Origin: a virus
Lineage: Duplodnaviria; Heunggongvirae; Uroviricota; Caudoviricetes
DNA: 64,000 nucleotides
Strand: one strand, 5' to 3'
IMG/VR virus record: IMGVR_UViG_3300028840_006985
Within the stretch, counting starts at the first letter, position 1; each line of letters opens with the position of its first letter. Positions 44,267 through 52,311 of the stretch are shown one piece after another. Made by a program: the position numbers and the translations under genes. A model generated the notes under the pieces. It was not told the DNA's origin and did not search any database. It saw only the letters and a list, made by a program, of their open reading frames with translations.

Positions 44267-44364
44267 AAGAAAACCTAATCAAGAAAACCTAATCAAGAAA
44301 ACCTAATCAAGAAAACCTAATCAAGAAAACCTAATCAAGAAAACTTAATCAAGAAAACCTAATA
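44267..44364. repeat. 14-bp tandem repeat aagaaaacctaatc x7 (intergenic)
   Basis: Seven head-to-tail units with one variant (aagaaaacttaatc). Confidence 0.9.
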
Positions 44365-44379
44365 AAAGGAAAAGATGAA

Positions 44380-44895
44380 ATGTATCTATTAAATGGCGAT
44401 TTAAATCAATTGGTAAATTTGACACGGTTTTTAAAAAATTGTGAACTTTACGTTACCCGCGTTGGTATTTATCCTGCTTTTAATAATGTAGAACAGTATG
44501 TAAAAGCACTTGAGGCAATTTTTAAGAATCGTGTCGAGGGGTGGTGGAGTCAAAAACATGAACTCATTCAACATAATATTTGTACAAAAGAAGAGTTCAA
44601 TTCAATCTTACAACAAGAAATAAGAGAAAAAAGACAGGCATGGGAGGAAAAGGAAGAAATGGCCGGCAAGGAAAAAAAGAAAATCAACTGTTGCAAGAAG
44701 GGGGAGGAGGATATTTTCTTTAAGAAGGCCGACAATTGTGATGGGCCAGAGGAGGACGGATTCGTATTAGCTATTAAGGGGCAATACCCTGATCCCGCAT
44801 ATGAACTTATCAATTACTGTCCTTATTGTGGAAAAAAAATATACCAGGAAGAGAAGAAAGAAGAGGTGGAAGCAACGGTTGGGTGGATGATTTAA
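44380..44895 (+). CDS. hypothetical protein
   Basis: ORF track. C-terminal CPYCGKK. Confidence 0.45.
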   Translation: MYLLNGDLNQLVNLTRFLKNCELYVTRVGIYPAFNNVEQYVKALEAIFKNRVEGWWSQKHELIQHNICTKEEFNSILQQEIREKRQAWEEKEEMAGKEKKKINCCKKGEEDIFFKKADNCDGPEEDGFVLAIKGQYPDPAYELINYCPYCGKKIYQEEKKEEVEATVGWMI

Positions 44896-45220
44896 TAAAT
44901 GCGCATTCTTTAAACAATCGGATGGGGGTGGATAGTTTGACAGATATTTTTACAATAACTAAATTTAATCTTGTCAACGTTGAGGACAATGTACAGGTAA
45001 AATATATTTTAAGCAAAAACGGTGAACCATTATGGCATAAGAAGCTTTGTAATGTTCTAGGATCATAGTTTTATTTTAATTTTAAAGAGTATATTCTTGA
45101 GGAGAAACTTGACGACAGAGATTTTTTATTTATGCATGAAGGCAGGTTGGCGCGCTGGGTGGATATATTAAAAATGCAGAATTATAAGAAGGATTTTACA
45201 TTATTGATGTAGGAAGGAAA

Positions 45221-45430
45221 ATGTATAGTGATAATTGTATAAAAATACATAAAAAAGCACAACAAATTTTAAAAGAAAGAGCCAATCTTTTAAAAAAAAG
45301 GCACGAATCGGGACTGTCTGAAGATGAAGAACTTAAATTGATGGAAATGGGCGATGCATTAAATGAAGTATTAACGCCGTGCTTTAGTTGCGAGAAGGGG
45401 GGAGGCAGGGAGGAGGTAAACAATGAATAA
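45221..45430 (+). CDS. small hypothetical protein
   Basis: ORF track. Confidence 0.35.
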   Translation: MYSDNCIKIHKKAQQILKERANLLKKRHESGLSEDEELKLMEMGDALNEVLTPCFSCEKGGGREEVNNE

Positions 45431-45677
45431 TGAATCAGCAATGTATAGTTGTTCTGAGGTTATAGTAGGATTTTTCGACGATTTTAATCTTGACAATGCT
45501 CAGAATGTATTAAAACAATTACCATATTTTGTAAAGATTTTAAACACATATGAACTTATTCTTGCGGTTCATGTAAAAGTTGTGGAAAATAGGGTAATAG
45601 ATTTTGCAGAGAATGCGAAAAAATTAAAATGCATAAAGTATGTAAATTTGAATTACTTTGTAAAACCTACTTTATAA
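45423..45677 (+). CDS. small hypothetical protein
   Basis: ORF track. Confidence 0.35.
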   Translation: MNNESAMYSCSEVIVGFFDDFNLDNAQNVLKQLPYFVKILNTYELILAVHVKVVENRVIDFAENAKKLKCIKYVNLNYFVKPTL

Positions 45678-45713
45678 AACCTACTTTATAAAACCTACTT
45701 TATAAAACCTACA
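45661..45713. repeat. 14-bp tandem repeat taaaacctacttta x about 3.8, sharing an AAAACCTA core with the 44267 repeat
   Basis: Spans the stop codon of ORF 45423..45677 and continues downstream. Confidence 0.85.
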
Positions 45714-46077
45714 TAGGCATCTAACATTGCTCAATAAAAATATTAGAAAAACTAAGCAAAGATGTTTCAACGGACCTGCGCCCTAACTATTATTGCAGCT
45801 TGAAACATGGTTTTAAAGCATCAAAAAATTCAGTAAGCCACATTTCATTGTTTTTTCTTCAATTAAAAAAGTTAATATCTGTTGAATAAAGGTCAAAGGA
45901 TTTGCCATCGACAATTCTCTAAGAAGATAGATGTACAATTATACCAACGTGTAAGTATGTGAAAATATTGATAAATGAATTTTGGAATTTTTTTGAAACC
46001 TTTTGCTTAAATAATTGAAATAATTGAAGAAATTGACACTGTTGAAAAAAAGATAACAAAAACAAGGAGTAAGAAAA
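45678..46077. other. 400-bp region without a convincing ORF (possible origin, regulatory hub or ncRNA locus)
   Basis: Only short overlapping minus-strand ORFs. AT-rich, with the internal repeats aataattgaaataattgaagaaattgaca. Confidence 0.4.
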
Positions 46078-46314
46078 GTGGAAAAAACTAAAGATGTGGA
46101 CCAAAATGGAACAATTTTCGAGATTATTCTCGAAGGTAACCGAAGGAAAATCAGGTGTTTTAGCGATTCTTTGATAGAGATTGACACCTATGTTAGGCAA
46201 TTATGCCTGGACGGATTCAGGGGGAAAGGTCTCTTGGTATGCTTATATCAGAGAGAAGATAGTCCGAGATGTATTCCTCAATATGAGCTACCTCTTCAAA
46301 TCGGAACGTGTTAA
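46078..46314 (+). CDS. small hypothetical protein (GTG start; RBS AAGGAG)
   Basis: ORF track. Confidence 0.4.
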   Translation: MEKTKDVDQNGTIFEIILEGNRRKIRCFSDSLIEIDTYVRQLCLDGFRGKGLLVCLYQREDSPRCIPQYELPLQIGTC

Positions 46315-46511
46315 AGATGAGTAAAAAGTCAGAAAAGAAGAAAAAAAGACGCGAAAAAAGACGCAAGGCTAGGTTAAGAGAGAAAAAGAGAATTCAAAGT
46401 GAAAAAATGAAAAGCGCCAGGGAGGCTATGAGGCAAGAAAATGATTTTTCACTCACGGATTCCCAGTTGCTTGCGTTGGCCAGTGTGCTTCTTAAAAAGA
46501 GAGGAGAATAA
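46308..46511 (+). CDS. small highly basic protein
   Basis: KKKKRREKRRKARLREKKRIQSEKMK. Confidence 0.4.
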   Translation: MLKMSKKSEKKKKRREKRRKARLREKKRIQSEKMKSAREAMRQENDFSLTDSQLLALASVLLKKRGE

Positions 46512-46513
46512 TA

Positions 46514-46822
46514 ATGACAGAAGAAGAGAAAATATTTAATGAGTTTAATCAATCAGATGAATTTAACGATCTTAGGATTAATATTGTTGATACGATTTTT
46601 AACATGGTACAAGCAAAAACAAATAATGCTTTTTTAACACAAGTCGTCATGATGAGGATTAGTATAGATATGGTAATCTCGTTTCTTATAATAGGTCTTG
46701 ATAGAATTGGTAAGTTTGATCAAAAATTTGTTGATGATTTTTTTGAGGACTTAAAAGGTGATTTTTTAAGACGATACAATGATTTTGTAGAAGAGAAGAA
46801 AAAGCGGGCCGAACAAAACTAA
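46514..46822 (+). CDS. small hypothetical protein, member 1 of a tandem paralog triplet
   Basis: About 100 aa. Shares the pattern ...I.DxI.xMVxNELL...G..VG..LI.SSL.T...EKI.DDFC..L..DF with 46870 and 47169. Confidence 0.45.
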   Translation: MTEEEKIFNEFNQSDEFNDLRINIVDTIFNMVQAKTNNAFLTQVVMMRISIDMVISFLIIGLDRIGKFDQKFVDDFFEDLKGDFLRRYNDFVEEKKKRAEQN

Positions 46823-46869
46823 ATAAATCTGTCATAATTTAAAAATTAATAATAAAAGAGAAGGCTAAG

Positions 46870-47169
46870 ATGAAGGAAGAAAAAATAGATCAAATTCTTA
46901 AAATGGTAAAAAATGAGTTATTGTTTGACGACAATCTTTCACCTGAGGATATGGTGGAAGTAGGGAGTAAGGTAGGAATGAGTCTGATTTTTAGCTCCCT
47001 TATGACGTGGATACATTGTAGGACTGAGCAAGAGGCGGAAAAACTCATTGATGAGTTTTGTCAAGCACTTAGTGAGGATTTTAAAAGAACTCGAAAGGAA
47101 ATCAGGAAAAATATCAATGAAGAAACTCTTAAATGGTTTCAAAAAGGGTTTCAAAAAGGAGAAGCATAA
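46870..47169 (+). CDS. small hypothetical protein, paralog 2
   Basis: As above. Confidence 0.45.
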   Translation: MKEEKIDQILKMVKNELLFDDNLSPEDMVEVGSKVGMSLIFSSLMTWIHCRTEQEAEKLIDEFCQALSEDFKRTRKEIRKNINEETLKWFQKGFQKGEA

Positions 47170-47462
47170 TGGATGAAAGCAAACTGAGAATAAAACTTTT
47201 AAAAAAAGAAGAAAAGCAAGCTATAATTGATAAAATTTTGGATATAGTAGGAAATGAGCTTTTAACACTTGACAGCGGTGCTGATATGTTGGAAATAGGT
47301 TATCATATAGGAGCACACTTAATAGTCACATCATCATTAACAACGGCATATTTTACTAATGATGTTAATAAAGAAAAAATTTTTGATGACCTTTGTGATT
47401 CATTTAGAAAAGATTTGGAAGCTGCTTGGGATGATTTTAGGAAAAAAGCAGAAGTACTTTAA
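47169..47462 (+). CDS. small hypothetical protein, paralog 3 (start trimmed to MDESK; RBS AAAGGAG)
   Basis: As above. Confidence 0.45.
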   Translation: MDESKLRIKLLKKEEKQAIIDKILDIVGNELLTLDSGADMLEIGYHIGAHLIVTSSLTTAYFTNDVNKEKIFDDLCDSFRKDLEAAWDDFRKKAEVL

Positions 47463-47489
47463 AATAAAGAGAAATAAAAAGGGAAGGAA

Positions 47490-47861
47490 ATGTTTATTGT
47501 ATTAACGACGGAAAGTGGTAAAAAACACTTATTTAATCTCGATGATATTATTTGCACGGAGGATTCAGGGTTTGAAGGGGCTATGTTAGTCATTCACAAT
47601 GGCGAGAAACCTTGCCGTATTATGGTACAAGAGACGCCTGAGCAAATAGCTACGGCGATTGAACGCGCCGAAACAGAGGTTGCCAGGGTGGAAGATTGTC
47701 CTTTTTGTTCTTCTGCTATTACCAAAAATAGCACGTTAAATATAATTCCTCTATCTAATGATTTTCAAAAAGTAAAAATACCTCAAGTGGATATAAAAAA
47801 GGAGCTTGCCAGCAGACTGACCAAATCATTATGCAATGAAAAAAAAGAGGAGGAAGAGTAA
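47490..47861 (+). CDS. hypothetical protein
   Basis: ORF track. Confidence 0.45.
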   Translation: MFIVLTTESGKKHLFNLDDIICTEDSGFEGAMLVIHNGEKPCRIMVQETPEQIATAIERAETEVARVEDCPFCSSAITKNSTLNIIPLSNDFQKVKIPQVDIKKELASRLTKSLCNEKKEEEE

Positions 47862-48033
47862 AATGAGTCGTCTTTTTTTATTAGTTGCAATATTTGGAAT
47901 ATTTTGGTCTTTAGATTTTATTGATCAATCAGATTTTATTGATAGACAGTCAATATTGATAGAGGAATAAAATGAGTATAGCATTTACAATAGTGTTATT
48001 TTTTATGATTGGTATGGCGCTTCGATGTATGAT

Positions 48034-48194
48034 GGATTCTTAAAAAATGCTCCTGGACAAAATCTACCGTCCATGAGTTTTAAATTCCGAGCCTTCTAAA
48101 ATCCCGATCTAATAAAATCAAGCACTTACAAGAATGGGCTCTTAAAAAATGCTCCTGGACAAAATCTACCGTCCATGAGTTTTAAATTCCGAGC
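48034..48194. repeat. two about 59-bp near-identical direct repeats separated by a 43-bp spacer (intergenic)
   Basis: ...tcttaaaaaatgctcctggacaaaatctaccgtccatgagttttaaattccgagc at 48034-48092 and again at 48136-48194. Confidence 0.85.
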
Positions 48195-48228
48195 TAAAAA
48201 TGATAGAATATTGGCAGGAGGATAGAAT

Positions 48229-48906
48229 ATGAAATTAGTTGAAGAGTTAAAAATAATAGCGGCGGCAAATGGTGAACCTGGTATTTTGTATGAATCGAGC
48301 CTTTCTCGGATTAAAGAGCATATTGAGAATCATGATACTGGATTTATCACTGCCCATCGTCGGGAGATTAGGCATCTGGATGGAAGAGTTGAAAAACCGA
48401 CTTACAAGCAAAACAAGTCGCGCAATCTAAGATTGCGGGCAGAATTGGGACAAAAATACGTGGTCACTAAAATTCGAGGGATCTATATTGAAAATTATAA
48501 AAGCACAGATCCAGAGAAGCCTGAGTATGAGGTTAGGGAGGGGTCGTTTTTTGTTGTTGATATAAATGACCTTGGAGATCTTGAATTAGAGTTGCGCCGA
48601 CTAGGTAAAAAATGGAATCAAGATTCTATCATGTTCGTTCCGAAGGGCGGCAAGAACGGATACCTTTGGGGGACGGGTAATGCCTGGCCGCTATTAGACC
48701 AGGTTGAAAAATTTAAAAACCCGGTATTTGGTGAGAGGGGAGAATTTATGAGTAAGGTTCGTGGGCGTCCATTTATTTTTCCAGAGATTAAAGAAGAGGA
48801 TATTAATCCTATAGTGATTGGCGAATATTTACCCGATTATCAAAGAAGTGTTATGGGTGAAATGGGAAGACGGGCCTTTATTAATTCAGATTGGCGTAAG
48901 GGTTGA
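48229..48906 (+). CDS. hypothetical protein
   Basis: ORF track. RBS GGAGGA. Confidence 0.5.
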   Translation: MKLVEELKIIAAANGEPGILYESSLSRIKEHIENHDTGFITAHRREIRHLDGRVEKPTYKQNKSRNLRLRAELGQKYVVTKIRGIYIENYKSTDPEKPEYEVREGSFFVVDINDLGDLELELRRLGKKWNQDSIMFVPKGGKNGYLWGTGNAWPLLDQVEKFKNPVFGERGEFMSKVRGRPFIFPEIKEEDINPIVIGEYLPDYQRSVMGEMGRRAFINSDWRKG

Positions 48907-48949
48907 TTAAGATAAAATATTTTTATTAGGAACATTTTAAGAGGTATGA

Positions 48950-49225
48950 ATGGCATATCATAAAAAACTTGGTGTGTTTGATCATCTCGATTGGGATGAT
49001 TTAACCGAAAAAGAAAAAGAAATAGCAGCCAAATTTAGCTGTCCCACTGCTAAGTATAAAAAAGACACGGTTTTTCATATTGGGAGATATTCTCAACCGG
49101 GTTTAGCTAGAACATTAATATGTGCAATTTGTGGACATGATAAATTCTATGTAGGTTCGGATTCGTGGTGGACCGGTGTAAAATGTGTGAATTGTGAGTC
49201 AGAATATTGTGTTCATGAAGGTTAA
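48950..49225 (+). CDS. small Cys-rich protein
   Basis: CPTAKY...CAICGHDKF...CVNCESEYC. Confidence 0.45.
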   Translation: MAYHKKLGVFDHLDWDDLTEKEKEIAAKFSCPTAKYKKDTVFHIGRYSQPGLARTLICAICGHDKFYVGSDSWWTGVKCVNCESEYCVHEG

Positions 49226-49250
49226 AAAATATATCAAAAAGGATTAAATC

Positions 49251-49517
49251 ATGGAATGCGATAATTGTAGATGGTTTTATAGGTATAACAGCTCTACGAT
49301 GGGAAATTGTCAAAGGCGTTCACCTCCACAAGGGGGGTGGCCTATTGTGAATTACCAAGATTCTTGTGAAGAGGGAGAAATTAAAATAGAATGCGATACA
49401 TGCAAATGGCATATTTCAGGATATTGCAAACATCCCTCTGTAGCAAAAGATGCTTTATCTTCTGGAGACGCGGTGTACAATTGGGATTGTTGCGGTGATC
49501 ATAGTCCGAATGATTAA
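49251..49517 (+). CDS. small Cys-rich protein
   Basis: CDNCRWF...GNCQRR...CDTCKWH...CCGDH. Confidence 0.45.
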   Translation: MECDNCRWFYRYNSSTMGNCQRRSPPQGGWPIVNYQDSCEEGEIKIECDTCKWHISGYCKHPSVAKDALSSGDAVYNWDCCGDHSPND

Positions 49518-49549
49518 AGAGTTAAAAACAATAAAAAGGAAAATTTTAA

Positions 49550-50089
49550 ATGGCAATGATTTATGTTGATACTAGATTCGTAAAAGGAATTCCAACTTTT
49601 CAGAACATTATTGAATGGGATTGTAAAAAGTTGGAAGCCAAGCTTTCATGTGGACACATCCATCGTTTTAGGTGGAGTGATTGTGTTACAAATTGTGTTA
49701 TGAATGCAGAAATGGATTATTATGGTTTTTTAAGAAGTATTCAGGCTGGTGACAAAATTCAATGTTGCGGTGATAAGTGTTTAACGTATCCAGATCAATA
49801 TCGAGACAGGTTTCTTTTGCTAGGAACCAATAAGTTAGAACAGATTATGATTTTGATGAGCGTTACTCCGGACCAATGCTGGAATGAAATTCTTATGACA
49901 GTATGTGAGGAAGTACAAATTAAGACTTTAATGGATATTAAAGAAGGATTAAAAGATGTAGAATATGTAAAGTTAGTTGTTAAATATTTAAAAGAAGAAG
50001 GTTTAATATTCACACATAAGGATGGTAAGATTCTTATTACCAATGATGGTTATAAGTATTTAAATTATTTGACAAAAAAGAAAGATTAG
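49550..50089 (+). CDS. hypothetical protein
   Basis: ORF track. Confidence 0.45.
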   Translation: MAMIYVDTRFVKGIPTFQNIIEWDCKKLEAKLSCGHIHRFRWSDCVTNCVMNAEMDYYGFLRSIQAGDKIQCCGDKCLTYPDQYRDRFLLLGTNKLEQIMILMSVTPDQCWNEILMTVCEEVQIKTLMDIKEGLKDVEYVKLVVKYLKEEGLIFTHKDGKILITNDGYKYLNYLTKKKD

Positions 50090-50102
50090 GGATGAAATCA
50101 AA

Positions 50103-50369
50103 ATGATATGTCTTAGGTGTGGTTGGTGTTGTCAGTATTTAACAGTGGTTCTTCCAGATGGTACTTACAAAATAAATGGGCCTTGCAAGTTTTTAAAATG
50201 GAAAGGAGATATGGCAGTTTGTACTATTCATGGAAAACGATGGAAAATAGTAGACGATCATGGTAATGTCCATGAGGGTAATTGGGATGAAACGCCCTGT
50301 GGTCAACATGGACAGGTAGAATCTAAAAATAGTTCATGTCGTATGGGGCAATATATAAAAAGGAGATAA
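50103..50369 (+). CDS. YkgJ-like CxxCxxCC domain protein
   Basis: CLRCGWCCQ plus downstream Cys/His residues. Confidence 0.45.
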   Translation: MICLRCGWCCQYLTVVLPDGTYKINGPCKFLKWKGDMAVCTIHGKRWKIVDDHGNVHEGNWDETPCGQHGQVESKNSSCRMGQYIKRR

Positions 50370-50372
50370 CTT

Positions 50373-50675
50373 ATGATAAAAAAAGAGATAACTGTTAATA
50401 ATGCTATCAATTGTTTAAATGAAATTTTTAAACATGATCCTGAAGCAGTCGCATTGTTAGTTAAAAATAGGATTCCTTGCAATAAAGCTTTAGCCGCTCA
50501 CGAATCAGTACAAGTAAGAGAAAATTGTGATGGAAAGTTTTCTGTTGGAATTTTAGGAATACTCAATGGTCTTTTCGGTGCTGATGAAAAAGGATATGGG
50601 CCTATTGCTGCTGTTTGCGAGAAGGATGGAACTATAACTTCTTTTCAAAGATATGGAGATAGAAATGGAAACTAA
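50373..50675 (+). CDS. hypothetical protein
   Basis: ORF track. Confidence 0.45.
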   Translation: MIKKEITVNNAINCLNEIFKHDPEAVALLVKNRIPCNKALAAHESVQVRENCDGKFSVGILGILNGLFGADEKGYGPIAAVCEKDGTITSFQRYGDRNGN

Positions 50676-51051
50676 AGTTGTACTATATAATTTGTCTCCT
50701 TCTATTATAATAGATAGGCCGGCAAATTTACCAACACTAAATGGTAGGATTTATCCTCAAGAACTAATTGAAAATGCAATTAAAGAATTTCAAGATAAAA
50801 TTCATATATATAAAAATAATATCCTTCTTGAAAGAAGTAATATCCTTCTTGAGGTAAATCATGAAGATGTTCAACCTGTAGATATACAAGTATATAATCC
50901 TTTTTTAACCAAGATTCAAGATCGAAGAGTTAATAAAGCGCCAAGTATGTTTATTCCCAAAATAACAGTTTGCAAGCACGAATTTATTCCATTACTTACT
51001 AGTATATGTTGTAAACATTGCGGAGTTGATATTAAAGAGTTGAAAGAATAA
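50653..51051 (+). CDS. hypothetical protein
   Basis: ORF track. Confidence 0.45.
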   Translation: MEIEMETKVVLYNLSPSIIIDRPANLPTLNGRIYPQELIENAIKEFQDKIHIYKNNILLERSNILLEVNHEDVQPVDIQVYNPFLTKIQDRRVNKAPSMFIPKITVCKHEFIPLLTSICCKHCGVDIKELKE

Positions 51052-51155
51052 ATTTGTAATTTTGACAGATTATTCATCGTAAGAACTAGTAGAGGAATTT
51101 GAAAAAAATCTTGATTATTTTCTTTTAAAAGATTAAAGAAGGAGGCAAAAAATAA

Positions 51156-51377
51156 ATGTCAGCTAGTTATAACGGATTGTTGGTTACTTTTAAAAAAGAT
51201 TTATGCGAAGAACATGTTGAAACAATAATGCAAGCGATAAAATTAATAAAAGATGTCATAGATGTTAGACCTGTCGACGATGAAGGTTACAATGTTAGCG
51301 TATCCAGGATACAGGCTACAAGAGAATGTAGTAACGATCTTCATAATCTATTAGAAAAGTGGAGAAAAAGGTGGTGA
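51156..51377 (+). CDS. small hypothetical protein
   Basis: ORF track. RBS AAGGAGG. Confidence 0.45.
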   Translation: MSASYNGLLVTFKKDLCEEHVETIMQAIKLIKDVIDVRPVDDEGYNVSVSRIQATRECSNDLHNLLEKWRKRW

Positions 51378-52130
51378 AATCGTTCCTATCTTTTTAATAC
51401 ATTCCTTAATTTGACCACTAATACATTCTTTTTCAGTTTCAGATAGGGCATCTTCATATAAACTACGCAAAGTTATAATAGCGTTTTTATAATATTCGAT
51501 ATCGACTTTATTATTTAAAAATGTAGATGGTTCTTTTTGTATTTGATTGTTGTTATTGTTTGGTTTTTTAGAAGGAACGTTAACACCTTTAATAAAGGTT
51601 TTCATCTTTTTTATAATATCTTTATCATTAATAATATCTGATGGGTCAATAATTGATTTATCTTTTGAAGATAAGTTATAAAATGCTCCAATTATAGAAT
51701 CATTATTATTTATAGAGGGTAAATAATCCTTAATGACAGGTCCAATAGTTTGATGATCTTTAAGAGCTTGAACTAATTGAGGAAAATAATTCCATAAACT
51801 AGTTTTGGAACTATTTCTTATGTCGAACTGAATAACACTTTCAATCCATTGAAATAGATTTTTAACATTAATTGAAAATTTGGGACTAGTGCTTTGACGT
51901 CGATGACCGTCGCTCCCGTGAGGTCGATATTTAATGTATTCGTAAGTTTTCCAATTTTGATTTTTAAATGGTTTTAATTGTCGTATTTCTTGATAATGAC
52001 ATTTGGCTATTCCTAGTGTGTTACATATTTCCATTGCCATGAGCCAAAATTCATTATCATATTTAATGACATCTAATTTTTTAGATTTATTCAAGGTTAG
52101 AACAGCTATTCTTTTAACTTCTTCATCCAT
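51351..52130 (-). CDS. KilA-N/Bro-N-like DNA-binding (anti-repressor-like) protein; the only convincing minus-strand gene
   Basis: N-terminus FWLMAMEICNTLGIAKCHYQEIRQL resembles the Bro-N/KilA-N pattern. Asn-rich low-complexity linker. Convergently overlaps ORF 51156..51377 by 27 nt. Confidence 0.35.
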   Translation of the reverse strand: MDEEVKRIAVLTLNKSKKLDVIKYDNEFWLMAMEICNTLGIAKCHYQEIRQLKPFKNQNWKTYEYIKYRPHGSDGHRRQSTSPKFSINVKNLFQWIESVIQFDIRNSSKTSLWNYFPQLVQALKDHQTIGPVIKDYLPSINNNDSIIGAFYNLSSKDKSIIDPSDIINDKDIIKKMKTFIKGVNVPSKKPNNNNNQIQKEPSTFLNNKVDIEYYKNAIITLRSLYEDALSETEKECISGQIKECIKKIGTISPPFSPLF

Positions 52131-52161
52131 TTTTATTTTATCCTTTCAAACTTGATTAGCT

Positions 52162-52192
52162 TTGACATTTTTTTTCTGTCATCATAAGATGA
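52162..52192 (+). promoter_or_regulatory. sigma70-like promoter (TTGACA, 17-bp spacer, TAAGAT) with the palindrome TCATCataaGATGA overlapping the -10
   Basis: TTGACA at 52162-52167. Palindrome at 52179-52192. Lies upstream of the terminase gene, in the divergent region shared with the minus-strand gene. Confidence 0.5.
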
Positions 52193-52311
52193 TTTATCAC
52201 AATACAATATTATTTATAATTGTCAAACAAAAAATAGAAGTACCAATGTTAATAATTATTGAATATTACAGGGTTAATCTTATACTAGATTAATAAAGAT
52301 AAGAGGATTAT

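Noticed and set aside
48034-48194. Possible mini-CRISPR array (2 repeats plus 1 spacer)
   Set aside because: The repeat is about 59 bp, longer than CRISPR repeats. There are only two copies, no cas genes and no leader. More likely a duplication or regulatory element.
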